Shown: positions 46,118 through 53,959, counted from the stretch's first letter. The stretch is DNA of 64,000 nucleotides from Treponema sp. (GCA_045586625.1 JAZNAS010000108.1:28467-92466), one strand, 5' to 3'. Notes: generated by a model not told the origin, from the sequence alone. Made by a program: numbers and translations.

Positions 46118-47918
46118 AAACAATGCCCTCATACACCAGTAGCTGCCTGCCGTCGATGGTAACCATAAGCCCTGCCTCCAGCTTTGAGGTGGCGTTGGTT
46201 ACATTGGTGAGCCACACTAGGTTTGGATTTACGAGGGGGAGCATGGAATCAGAAATTTCTGAGCCATGCTCTGCAATGACGCCGTCCACCAAACGCAGCA
46301 GGGGAATGTAGTCTTGGGTAAGGGTGGGGCAGACGATGATGCCACCGCTGCTTTGCTGGAGCTGGGCCAGGGCATCCAGTGCCGACTTGGACTGAATGAT
46401 GCGGCCGCTTGTCTTGGCCTTCTCCTGGCTGGAGCTGCCGCCACCGTTTCCTCTGGCCAGCACATTTCCCACCAGCAAAACCTTCACCGTGTTCAGCATT
46501 AGGGAGCTGAACAGGGGAACTCCTGCAGCCAAAACAACCCTGTCGGAAATCTGGATGACGCCTGCATCCAAGGCCACCTTGATGGCATTCTGAATCATTT
46601 CGTTGGACTCGCTGGCCATGCGGGTATGCAGGGGAACCACACCCCAAAACAGCAGCAGCTGGCGGGCCACCACGGGATCTGGAGTTACTGCGATGATGGA
46701 CTGCTCCGGACGGAACTTGCTGATCATGCGGGAGGTGTGGCCGGACATGGTGGGGGTGATGATGACCATGGCCTTCACATCGCGGGCAGTGGTATAGGCG
46801 TTTCGTGCCATAATCATGCCGATGTTGCCGGTGGGAAGAAAGCTGGATGAGTCGTCGTCCTGGCTCATCTTTTTGCAGAACTCAGGGGAATCCTCCACAG
46901 ACAGGGCGATTCGAGCCATGGTTTCCACCGCTTCCACAGGATAGGCACCGTTGGCAGTTTCCCCGGAAAGCATCACCGCATCGGTTCCGTCAAAGATGGC
47001 GTTGGCCACATCGGTAAGCTCTGCCCTGGTGGGGCGGGGATTCACCACCATGGATTCCAGCATTTGGGTGGCAGTAATCACAGGCTTGCCCATTCGTCGG
47101 CACACCCCGATGATATGCTTTTGCACCAGCGGAATCTTTTCGGTGGGAAGCTGTACTCCCAGGTCTCCTCGGGCAATCATGATGCCGTCCGCTGCCTGGG
47201 CAATCTCCTCTATGTTGACGACTCCCTCCTCGTTCTCAATCTTTGCGATAATCTTTGCCTTGCTGCGAAGGGAATCAAGATACCGACGGATTTCATGGAT
47301 TTCCGAGGCAAAGCTGACAAAGCTTGCTGCAATGAAATCCACCTCCTGCTCCACACCAAAGGCAATATCAGCCTTGTCCTGCTCCGACATGATGGGAAGC
47401 ATGGCGTGGAGTCCCACCAGATTTACATTCTTCCTGCTGCCGATGGTGCCGGTGTTGCGGGCCCTGCACAAAACCCTGGTACCGTCGCTTTCCAACACCT
47501 CCAGCTCCAAAAGTCCGTCGGCAATGAGAATCCGTACTCCTGCCGTAGCCTTTTGGGGCAGCTCCTTCCAGCTCACTGAAAGTCGGGCAGCATCATCCTG
47601 TGTTGCAGCCATAGTATGCTGACCGTCGCTGGTAACAATCACCCTGTCTCCGGCCTTGATGGTGACGGTGCCGCCCTCATGGGTGTCCCCTGTCCTGATT
47701 TCCGGTCCCTTTGTATCCAGCAGCAGGGCAACGGGCTTTCCCACCTTCTTTGCGGCACGGCGAAGCCTTTCCATGGCCTCTTGGTGGGATTGGTGGTTTC
47801 CATGGGAAAAATTAAAGCGGGCCACATTCATTCCCGCTTCCAGCAAGCGCTCCACAATCTCATCCTGAGCCGTGGCAGGCCCCATGGAGCATACAATCTT
47901 TGTCTTTCGTGTGAACAT
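46116..47918 (-). CDS. pyk: pyruvate kinase with a C-terminal PEP-utiliser-like extra domain
   Basis: KTKIVCSMGPA, NVARFNFSHG, and the catalytic core. A further roughly 110 aa at the C-terminus end in ...LMVTIDGRQLLVYEG. Confidence 0.92.
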   Translation of the reverse strand: MFTRKTKIVCSMGPATAQDEIVERLLEAGMNVARFNFSHGNHQSHQEAMERLRRAAKKVGKPVALLLDTKGPEIRTGDTHEGGTVTIKAGDRVIVTSDGQHTMAATQDDAARLSVSWKELPQKATAGVRILIADGLLELEVLESDGTRVLCRARNTGTIGSRKNVNLVGLHAMLPIMSEQDKADIAFGVEQEVDFIAASFVSFASEIHEIRRYLDSLRSKAKIIAKIENEEGVVNIEEIAQAADGIMIARGDLGVQLPTEKIPLVQKHIIGVCRRMGKPVITATQMLESMVVNPRPTRAELTDVANAIFDGTDAVMLSGETANGAYPVEAVETMARIALSVEDSPEFCKKMSQDDDSSSFLPTGNIGMIMARNAYTTARDVKAMVIITPTMSGHTSRMISKFRPEQSIIAVTPDPVVARQLLLFWGVVPLHTRMASESNEMIQNAIKVALDAGVIQISDRVVLAAGVPLFSSLMLNTVKVLLVGNVLARGNGGGSSSQEKAKTSGRIIQSKSALDALAQLQQSSGGIIVCPTLTQDYIPLLRLVDGVIAEHGSEISDSMLPLVNPNLVWLTNVTNATSKLEAGLMVTIDGRQLLVYEGIV

Positions 47919-47926
47919 ACTTTAAA

Positions 47927-47954
47927 AGTATGTGAATTCTCTTTAAAAAAGCAA
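47927..47954 (-). promoter_or_regulatory. candidate promoter giving a leaderless pyk transcript
   Basis: Minus strand reads TTGCTT-16-CATACT, then 8 nt, then ATG 47918. No Shine-Dalgarno is present. Confidence 0.4.
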
Positions 47955-48006
47955 GGCGGTTTGGAGAATTGAATGAAAATTTAAAGATTGATTAATCCTA
48001 TCTTGG

Positions 48007-48047
48007 AAAAAATACGTCTCGATACTGCATGGAAGTAGCATCGAGAC
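48007..48047 (-). terminator. rho-independent terminator of the outer-membrane protein gene
   Basis: GTCTCGAT / ATCGAGAC stem, extendable to 11 of 13 bp. On the minus strand it is followed by GTATTTTTT. Confidence 0.6.
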
Positions 48048-48074
48048 ACAAACAGAAGACTAGAAAAGAATTAT

Positions 48075-49430
48075 TTATTTTTTCCAGGTGGCGGACAGGC
48101 GGATGTTGCCGTCAAGTACATCAATCCAGCTTTTGGGAGCCTGTAATGTCACTCCCAGCTGAACAGAGAACTCTTGGACAGGTGTAAATGTCATGCTGAA
48201 TCCAAGGTTTGAGAGCAACGGATCTTTGAATTTGTGGCTCTTTCCCGAAGTTTTTGGCGAGGATGTGGGAACATCCTCATCGTATGAAGCACTTTGTCTG
48301 TACTCATATGTTGCAGGGTCAAAGCTGAGACCTGCACCCATGCTGACCTTTTCATTCAGCTGGTAGGTTCCGGCAAGGTACAGGCGGGGAAGAACCACAA
48401 TGTCTGTTTGCTCCATGGTTTGGCTTGGCTCCTGGTTGCCGGCAACCCTCTGTGTACCTCCGCTTATCCACTTGTCGATGGAAGTCTGGATGTAGGCACG
48501 GGCTGCCAGAGTGAGTTTGTCCATAAACACCTTGCGCCCTGTGGTGTGGAGGGTTATGGTATTCTTTATCCTCTCGTCTGTGCGGTAGATATGCTCATCT
48601 ACTGTCTGGTCTTGGTTTACCTTCTGGTACATTTTTTCTGGCATGAAGCCATACTCAAAACCGTAGGTAAGCTGCCCTGACCATGCGAACTTTTCCGTGG
48701 GGAAGGTCACGCCAATTCCCAGCTCTCCAGAGGGAATGTACGCCTTGTAGGAACGGATTTCTTCGGGAAGGTTGCTTGAGAAGTGGGAACCTGCTACAGT
48801 GGTAAAGGTTCTCCATGCGTCAGAAATGGTAAAGCCAAAGTTGAGTGTTGGGGTGATTGCCCAGCCATCAGCAATATCCAGGCTTGTTCCCAGCATGATT
48901 GACGGACGGATGGACAGGCTCTTCTGGTCGGTCGTCAACTTCGAGTTCTCCTCCGTGTTCTCTCTGGTACCAGAGACATTGAGTCCCGTCCGCAGCCCAA
49001 GGTTTAGGTTTCCAACGGGAATGCCCACCAGTACATAGGCTGAGTGGTCGCTGATTTTCTTTGTGAGCTTGCTGGTGCTGTCCGTAGTCTCGTTTGTTGT
49101 GGAGGAAAACTCGCTGGTGCTACCTAAGGCTCCTGTATATGCAACTCCCACCCGGACAGAACCGGCCTCAAAGATTCCTCCGGCATTAAGCACGTTGCCA
49201 TTGAACGTGGTTACGGGCAAACCGTTGGAGAATCCCTCGCTGACATAGCCGTAGGAAGCACCAACCACTAGATTGCTGAAATCTATTCCGCTCCAGCCGG
49301 TGACGCTGACCACGTTGTCTAGGTCGGTGGAGAACAGTCCCACGGTGGAGTCCTTTAGTGGTGTGGCGGGCTGGGCGACAACACCGCTCATTGATAAGGC
49401 AAACAAAATTGCAAAAAATATCCTCTTCAT
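48075..49430 (-). CDS. putative outer-membrane beta-barrel protein
   Basis: Signal peptide MKRIFFAILFALSMSGVVAQP. The mature part is Gly/Ser/Thr/Tyr-rich with an alternating hydrophobic pattern. No family was recognised. Confidence 0.6.
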   Translation of the reverse strand: MKRIFFAILFALSMSGVVAQPATPLKDSTVGLFSTDLDNVVSVTGWSGIDFSNLVVGASYGYVSEGFSNGLPVTTFNGNVLNAGGIFEAGSVRVGVAYTGALGSTSEFSSTTNETTDSTSKLTKKISDHSAYVLVGIPVGNLNLGLRTGLNVSGTRENTEENSKLTTDQKSLSIRPSIMLGTSLDIADGWAITPTLNFGFTISDAWRTFTTVAGSHFSSNLPEEIRSYKAYIPSGELGIGVTFPTEKFAWSGQLTYGFEYGFMPEKMYQKVNQDQTVDEHIYRTDERIKNTITLHTTGRKVFMDKLTLAARAYIQTSIDKWISGGTQRVAGNQEPSQTMEQTDIVVLPRLYLAGTYQLNEKVSMGAGLSFDPATYEYRQSASYDEDVPTSSPKTSGKSHKFKDPLLSNLGFSMTFTPVQEFSVQLGVTLQAPKSWIDVLDGNIRLSATWKK

Positions 49431-49500
49431 GTTCTAATCTCCATAAAAATCAGGTGGACAAGGATGGGAACACTGGAATCCACCCTTGCCTCTAAAACTA

Positions 49501-52005
49501 TTACTGTGCTGACAATTTTTTGATGATTTCGGATACATCTATGGTGATGAACCTCATGCCGTCCAGATTGTCGTTTGTGTCGTGGAAACACTCGTAGAGG
49601 ATTCCGATAAGCTCGTCGTCCACCATCACCATGTCGGTGTAGCCAAAGTACCGCTGGCCCATCTTGCGAATCTGCACGTAGTAGCGGTCACTGCTCAATG
49701 GATTACCAGAACCAGTAGGTACGCTTATGGAATTGTCTGCAGCAAAGCTGACGGTTACCTGATTTCTCCCCTCATCTAAGAAATTGGTCCCACTATTTTT
49801 ACCACCTCCTTTGGGACTGGTAAAGGCAACCACACCCTTCTTGCTTCCGTCTCCGTCGGCAACCTTGAGGAGGGAGGTCTGGCTTGCACCACGACTTCCT
49901 CCACCCCACGGGTCATTTTGTACAGTGTACCAGTCTTCGGATACTGTGGCTCCCGAATACCGCCTCATTTCTATGGGGCCACTGGTATTTTTGCCTAGAC
50001 TCAAGATGGTGCCATCATCCAACTGGCATATCTGCCACTCACCGTTGCCCGAATTGGGAACCATTATGCTTCCATTCCTACTCCAGGTGGATGGTTCTCC
50101 GTTTCCATAGATGATATAGGTTGCGAAATTGGTGGTTCCCCCTCCTCCCTGCATGGGAACTGCCGTCATGCCTGCCTTCATGTTGGTGTTCGGCACGTCC
50201 TTGGTCAGGATGATGCCGTGACCGGGACAGGGCAGGTTGGCGTATCCGCCCTGTCCATTACCTGGATTGGTAAGTTCGCCGTCCTTTGTGTTCCATAGGT
50301 AGGAGTAGGTCTCTCTGGGCTTGACCATACCGTTGTCATCGGAAATGTCGGTGTCCTCAACCCAAGTTTCGCCGTAGTCGGAGCTGACGAACACACGGTT
50401 GGTGTTGGTATAGTCACTCATAGTGGTTCTTGCTGAGCTGGGACCGCCGCCTACGGCACCCATGTAGAGCTTGTTTCCAACTGTCCACAGTGCAGGATCT
50501 CCTAGATCGGTCTTGTGCGACATTGTATTTGTCTTCCCCGACTCGTCCCAGATGTTGTCCACGTCAATCATCTTGCGGCCCGGCCAGGTGGCACCGCCGT
50601 CGTCGGAGTACAGAATCAGGATGTCGCTGCCTCCGTTGCTCGTCCCGCAGTCGCCGTTGCCGTCATCCTCGCCACGATAGCGTACATCCATGGCGGCAAA
50701 TACCCTCGTCTTGCCGGAGGGCAGGGGCATGCTAATCAATGCGGGAATGCGGAAGGAGCCGCCATTTTTTGCGTTTCCTGTACCTACTCCGCCGTGGCTT
50801 GGACTTGTACCATCGCCTCCAGCGGTCACAGTCAGTGTTTCTCGCTGGGGAATTTGTGACGAGCCATCCCCGAATTTAAACGCATCAGTAAACACAGGGT
50901 CGCTGATGGGTCGCTTCACCAGCTGCTGGGAATAAATCTTTTCCGCCCAGTCTGGCTTCTCCTGTCCCACGTCGTCGTTTTCTGCCTCCGCATAGCTCTT
51001 TCTCTGCACCGTCAGGTAGGCCGGGTACACGGGATAGCCTGCTTCGTTGGTATACAGGGCGTTTGCCTGGATGGTTTGGTTCTCCTTGAACACCTGGGGG
51101 AGGGTTACTGTTTGCCCGTTGTCATCCACCCACTTCACGAAGGTGAAGTTTGCCGGAGCTTCGGGGGATTGGGGAATGCTGGTGAAAGTACCGATGTCCC
51201 CCTGATAGGTGGTCTGGAAGCCGGAGGTTCCCGCCCCTGTCCAGCTTACCGTTACGGTGACACGGCTGGACACGAATTTGTCATTCAGGTTGCTGAACTT
51301 GGACTTGTATACTTCCAATTGATTGTGTGGTACATAGATTTTGGTCGTTGATGGAATGGCGGATTCTTCTATTGTTGTGATGGAGCTGGCATCGCCCTCC
51401 AGAATCAGAGACTTCAGTCCGCTGCTTGCAAAGGCATTGGCTCCAATTGAAGTGACGGTGTTAGGGAGCGTCACAGAGACCAAACCTGTAGCATTCTGGA
51501 ATGCACCGTTGCTGATGGAAGTTACGCTGCTCGCGGATGTCAGATCAAGTTCGACCTTGCCAGAAGTAGAACTGAGTGCAGTCTTAAGAGCATTAAAGTC
51601 CACACTGTCGGTAATCAGGATTTCTATGGAATCATTACTAGTCAGATCGGTAATGGCCTCGGCTGCCTCTGCACTGCTCATCACCCGCTGTGTTAGAGCC
51701 CAGGTGGCATAAAGGGTGGTGTCGGCATTTAGTGTAAGCTCTTCACCATCGGAGTAGCTGATACCGCCACCGTCTGGCTGTGTATTCCAGCCAGTCCCAA
51801 TACCGCCCTCATTGGTGGTCAGCTCGTTGGCAGCTACAGCTACCTTTGCACCGGCGGCATAGATTTTGGTGGCAGGAACAGCAGCACCGGATGCCAGTGT
51901 GGTTCCCTCCGGTAGGTTTGCATTGTAGCTTAATGTGCGGGTTTCAATACCGTTGTTATGCGGGCATCCTGCAAGCAACAGGAGCAGCAGCAGGGGGATA
52001 GCCAC
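49501..52005 (-). CDS. surface lipoprotein exo-alpha-sialidase with Listeria-Bacteroides repeat and BspA-type LRR modules
   Basis: Lipobox LLLLLAGC. A Flg_new-like module is present (GWNTQPDGGG...LYATW), along with LRRs (ISNGAFQNATGLVSVTLPNTVTSIGANAFASSGLKSL). The sialidase region has FRIP (GGSFRIPALI) and Asp-boxes (YSDDGGATW, SSDYGETW). The GTG start has no Shine-Dalgarno; see the C10 tract finding. Confidence 0.85.
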   Translation of the reverse strand: MAIPLLLLLLLAGCPHNNGIETRTLSYNANLPEGTTLASGAAVPATKIYAAGAKVAVAANELTTNEGGIGTGWNTQPDGGGISYSDGEELTLNADTTLYATWALTQRVMSSAEAAEAITDLTSNDSIEILITDSVDFNALKTALSSTSGKVELDLTSASSVTSISNGAFQNATGLVSVTLPNTVTSIGANAFASSGLKSLILEGDASSITTIEESAIPSTTKIYVPHNQLEVYKSKFSNLNDKFVSSRVTVTVSWTGAGTSGFQTTYQGDIGTFTSIPQSPEAPANFTFVKWVDDNGQTVTLPQVFKENQTIQANALYTNEAGYPVYPAYLTVQRKSYAEAENDDVGQEKPDWAEKIYSQQLVKRPISDPVFTDAFKFGDGSSQIPQRETLTVTAGGDGTSPSHGGVGTGNAKNGGSFRIPALISMPLPSGKTRVFAAMDVRYRGEDDGNGDCGTSNGGSDILILYSDDGGATWPGRKMIDVDNIWDESGKTNTMSHKTDLGDPALWTVGNKLYMGAVGGGPSSARTTMSDYTNTNRVFVSSDYGETWVEDTDISDDNGMVKPRETYSYLWNTKDGELTNPGNGQGGYANLPCPGHGIILTKDVPNTNMKAGMTAVPMQGGGGTTNFATYIIYGNGEPSTWSRNGSIMVPNSGNGEWQICQLDDGTILSLGKNTSGPIEMRRYSGATVSEDWYTVQNDPWGGGSRGASQTSLLKVADGDGSKKGVVAFTSPKGGGKNSGTNFLDEGRNQVTVSFAADNSISVPTGSGNPLSSDRYYVQIRKMGQRYFGYTDMVMVDDELIGILYECFHDTNDNLDGMRFITIDVSEIIKKLSAQ

Positions 52006-52043
52006 CTTTAGAATGGTAGCTGTAAAATACCCCTCAGTCCGCC

Positions 52044-52139
52044 CTAATGTATATGAGGGGGGGGGGTATTTTGGCGAGTGGTTTTCAGGATTGTCTCGTC
52101 AGTCCTGAAGCTTGAGTGGTTCAATCGTAATCTACTCAT
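52044..52139 (-). CDS. 31-codon leader ORF, possibly the out-of-frame true 5' end of the sialidase gene
   Basis: GGAGG (52149-52145), then 5 nt, then ATG 52139. It encodes MSRLRLNHSSFRTDETILKTTRQNTPPPHIH and stops at TAG 52046-52044. It reads through the C10 tract. Confidence 0.45.
   Translation of the reverse strand: MSRLRLNHSSFRTDETILKTTRQNTPPPHIH
52057..52066. repeat. G10 (C10 on the coding strand) homopolymer
   Basis: Ten consecutive G at 52057-52066. This is the longest G/C run I saw in the window. Confidence 0.95.
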
Positions 52140-52158
52140 CAAAACCTCCAAAAAAATA

Positions 52159-52184
52159 CTTGTATACCAGAAGTAGTATACAAG
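52159..52184. promoter_or_regulatory. 9-bp perfect inverted repeat at the predicted transcription start of the sialidase leader
   Basis: CTTGTATAC-N8-GTATACAAG. Each arm contains the self-complementary GTATAC. On the minus strand it is followed by TATTTTTTT. Confidence 0.45.
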
Positions 52185-52187
52185 GAT

Positions 52188-52216
52188 ATTTTCACATGGA
52201 ATTTCCAATTTGTCAA
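52188..52216 (-). promoter_or_regulatory. strong sigma70-type promoter facing the sialidase gene
   Basis: Minus strand reads TTGACA (52216-52211), a 17-nt spacer ending in TGt, then GAAAAT (52193-52188). An A-rich UP-like tract lies upstream at 52221-52237. Confidence 0.55.
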
Positions 52217-52332
52217 ACATTTTTTTTATTTTTGATAGAAAATGGAGAATCAAGCTGTGCAAGTTACCGTCATTCCGTAGCAGGCCCCCAATGTATGTGA
52301 ATTCCATCAAAAAAAGCAAGGTGATGTCCATA

Positions 52333-52361
52333 TTTACATTGCCATAGAATTATGCTATGAT
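52333..52361 (+). promoter_or_regulatory. sigma70-type promoter of rpoZ-miaA
   Basis: TTTACA-17-TATGAT. AGGAG 52379-52383 precedes ATG 52389. Confidence 0.5.
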
Positions 52362-52388
52362 AAAAAGAATTCTTTTGTAGGAGTGTCC

Positions 52389-52580
52389 ATGATTTTTCCT
52401 TTGGAGCAGCTTGTTAAATTCAAAGATAATATTTATGAGATTACTTGTGCGGCCAGTCGTCGTGCCTACCAGCTTTCCAGGATTGACGATGAGGCTGTTA
52501 AGGAAAATGACGGTAAGGTGGTGTCCACTGCCGCCAAGCAGTTGTTTACCGACGAGGTAAAATATCGCATCGAGCAGTAA
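52389..52580 (+). CDS. rpoZ: DNA-directed RNA polymerase subunit omega
   Basis: MIFPLEQLVKFKDNIYEITCAASRRAYQLS. Confidence 0.85.
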   Translation: MIFPLEQLVKFKDNIYEITCAASRRAYQLSRIDDEAVKENDGKVVSTAAKQLFTDEVKYRIEQ

Positions 52581-52614
52581 TCCTGTGTGTTGTTATGAAG
52601 AGGGAGCCGGCCAA

Positions 52615-53625
52615 GTGCCGGTTCTTGTTGTTTTTGCCCCCACTGCCTGCGGAAAGACCCGCCTTGCCCTGGAGCTTTTTGGAAAGGACTCCTCGTCTCC
52701 CTTTGCGGGAGGGGTTGAACTCATTAGTGCCGACTCCATGCAGGTTTATCGTGGCATGAATATCGGAACAGCAAAGCCTTCAGCTCAAGAGCTTCAGCAG
52801 CTGCCCCATCATCTTGTGGACATACAAAATCCCGACCACGCCTTTTCCGTGGGAGAATTCGTCCGTCACAGCGACCAGCTTTGCCGAGAAATTACTGGAC
52901 GCAAGCATATTCCCCTGGTGCTGGGAGGAACGGGCTTTTATATTAGAAACTTTCTCTGCGGCCTGCCTACCACCCCCCAGGCGGATCCTGAGCTACGGCT
53001 GGAGCTTCAGCAACGGCTGGTCCAAGAGGGGGCGGAGGAGCTCTACCGGCAGCTCCAGCTCTTGGATCCAGTGGCAGCCCGGAGAATTCATCCCAACGAC
53101 CACTATCGCATCCTCCGCTCCTTGGAGGTAAGCCTTGCCAGTGGCCGTCCCCAAAGCTCCTTTAATCTTTCTCCCCAGCTTCGGAGCCAGTTCAGGTTTT
53201 GCATCATTATTTTGTGGCGGGAGCGGCAGGAATTGTACCAGCGGATTGATGCCCGTGTGGCGCAGATGATGGAGGAGGGCTTGCCTCAGGAAGTCGCTTC
53301 CTTGGTGGCCAGTGGTTACAAGGAGGAGGATCCTGGAATGCAGGCCATTGGCTACCATGAGTTTCTTTTGAATGAGGATTTTATGGGTGCAGCAAGGCAA
53401 ATAAAATCTCCAATTCCTCCTGATTCCTTTCAGGAACGCTTCGCTTCCGTGGATTTTCATTCCATTCAGGAATTGATTTGTCGCAATAGCCGCCGTTATG
53501 CCAAACGTCAGTACACCTACTTCCGTGGCATACCCAATGCCACCTACTTTCATGCCCAGGATGAGGCTGCAGTGCAGGAGCATATTGGAAAGTTCTTGGA
53601 ATGCTCTTTTCCCCTATTGACGTAA
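52615..53625 (+). CDS. miaA: tRNA dimethylallyltransferase
   Basis: GTG 52615 lies 8 nt after GGGAG, and GTG 52585 is an alternative start. P-loop FAPTACGKT is present, followed by SADSMQVYRGMNIGTAKP. Confidence 0.9.
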   Translation: MPVLVVFAPTACGKTRLALELFGKDSSSPFAGGVELISADSMQVYRGMNIGTAKPSAQELQQLPHHLVDIQNPDHAFSVGEFVRHSDQLCREITGRKHIPLVLGGTGFYIRNFLCGLPTTPQADPELRLELQQRLVQEGAEELYRQLQLLDPVAARRIHPNDHYRILRSLEVSLASGRPQSSFNLSPQLRSQFRFCIIILWRERQELYQRIDARVAQMMEEGLPQEVASLVASGYKEEDPGMQAIGYHEFLLNEDFMGAARQIKSPIPPDSFQERFASVDFHSIQELICRNSRRYAKRQYTYFRGIPNATYFHAQDEAAVQEHIGKFLECSFPLLT

Positions 53626-53674
53626 TCAAATTTTTAGTAGATAATAATTACAGTTTTCATTAAGGAGAGCCATT

Positions 53675-53764
53675 GTGCCTTGCGGAAAAAAGAGAAAGCG
53701 TCAGAAGATTGCTACACATAAACGTAAGAAGAAGCTGAGAAGAAATCGGCATAAGAGCAAGTAA
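53675..53764 (+). CDS. 29-aa Lys/Arg-rich small protein (ribosome-associated-peptide-like), too short for the ORF track
   Basis: AAGGAGAG (53662-53669), then 5 nt, then GTG 53675. It encodes (M)PCGKKRKRQKIATHKRKKKLRRNRHKSK and ends at TAA 53762-53764. A terminator lies downstream. Confidence 0.6.
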   Translation: MPCGKKRKRQKIATHKRKKKLRRNRHKSK

Positions 53765-53834
53765 CTCTGTTTGAGGCTTGTTCCGGGGGTAACCCACTTT
53801 ATGTGTTTTCAATTTATGACTGTGCCAATGAAAA

Positions 53835-53880
53835 AGACCGTAGCTTTTGTTGTTGCTTGACACAAACTGCGGTCTTTTTT
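53835..53880 (+). terminator. rho-independent terminator
   Basis: AGACCGTAG / CTGCGGTCT 9-bp stem with one G-U pair, plus an inner TTTG/CAAA stem, then T6. Confidence 0.7.
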
Positions 53881-53922
53881 GTTGTATGAAAACAATCTAT
53901 AATATCGGAGCTGTACTACGAT

Positions 53923-53952
53923 TTTACAAAATATAACATCGCCAGCTGATAT
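53923..53952 (+). promoter_or_regulatory. candidate promoter giving a leaderless dxs transcript
   Basis: TTTACA-18-TGATAT, then 7 nt, then ATG 53960. No Shine-Dalgarno is present. Confidence 0.4.
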
Positions 53953-53959
53953 CAAAAAT

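Noticed and set aside
49463-49498. Hairpin between the sialidase and OMP genes, considered as a terminator.
   Set aside because: The stems are short or imperfect (6 bp, or 9 of 10 bp with a mismatch), and the T-run is interrupted and offset. This is too weak to call, and co-transcription remains possible.
52042-52300. Near-repeat CCCTAATGTATATGA (52042-52056) and CCCAATGTATGTGA (52287-52300) flanking the sialidase regulatory region.
   Set aside because: The match is only about 12-13 nt with an indel and a mismatch. It could be chance, and no symmetry or positional logic supports it.
52044-52331. 95-aa ORF in the sialidase-rpoZ intergenic region.
   Set aside because: As a whole it runs across the predicted promoter, palindrome and RBS. 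Only its last 31 codons, from ATG 52139 behind GGAGG, are plausible, and these are reported separately.
53660-53863. 67-aa minus-strand ORF downstream of miaA.
   Set aside because: It overlaps the plus-strand 29-codon basic ORF, which has a strong RBS, and it runs through the plus-strand terminator. It has no start signals of its own.
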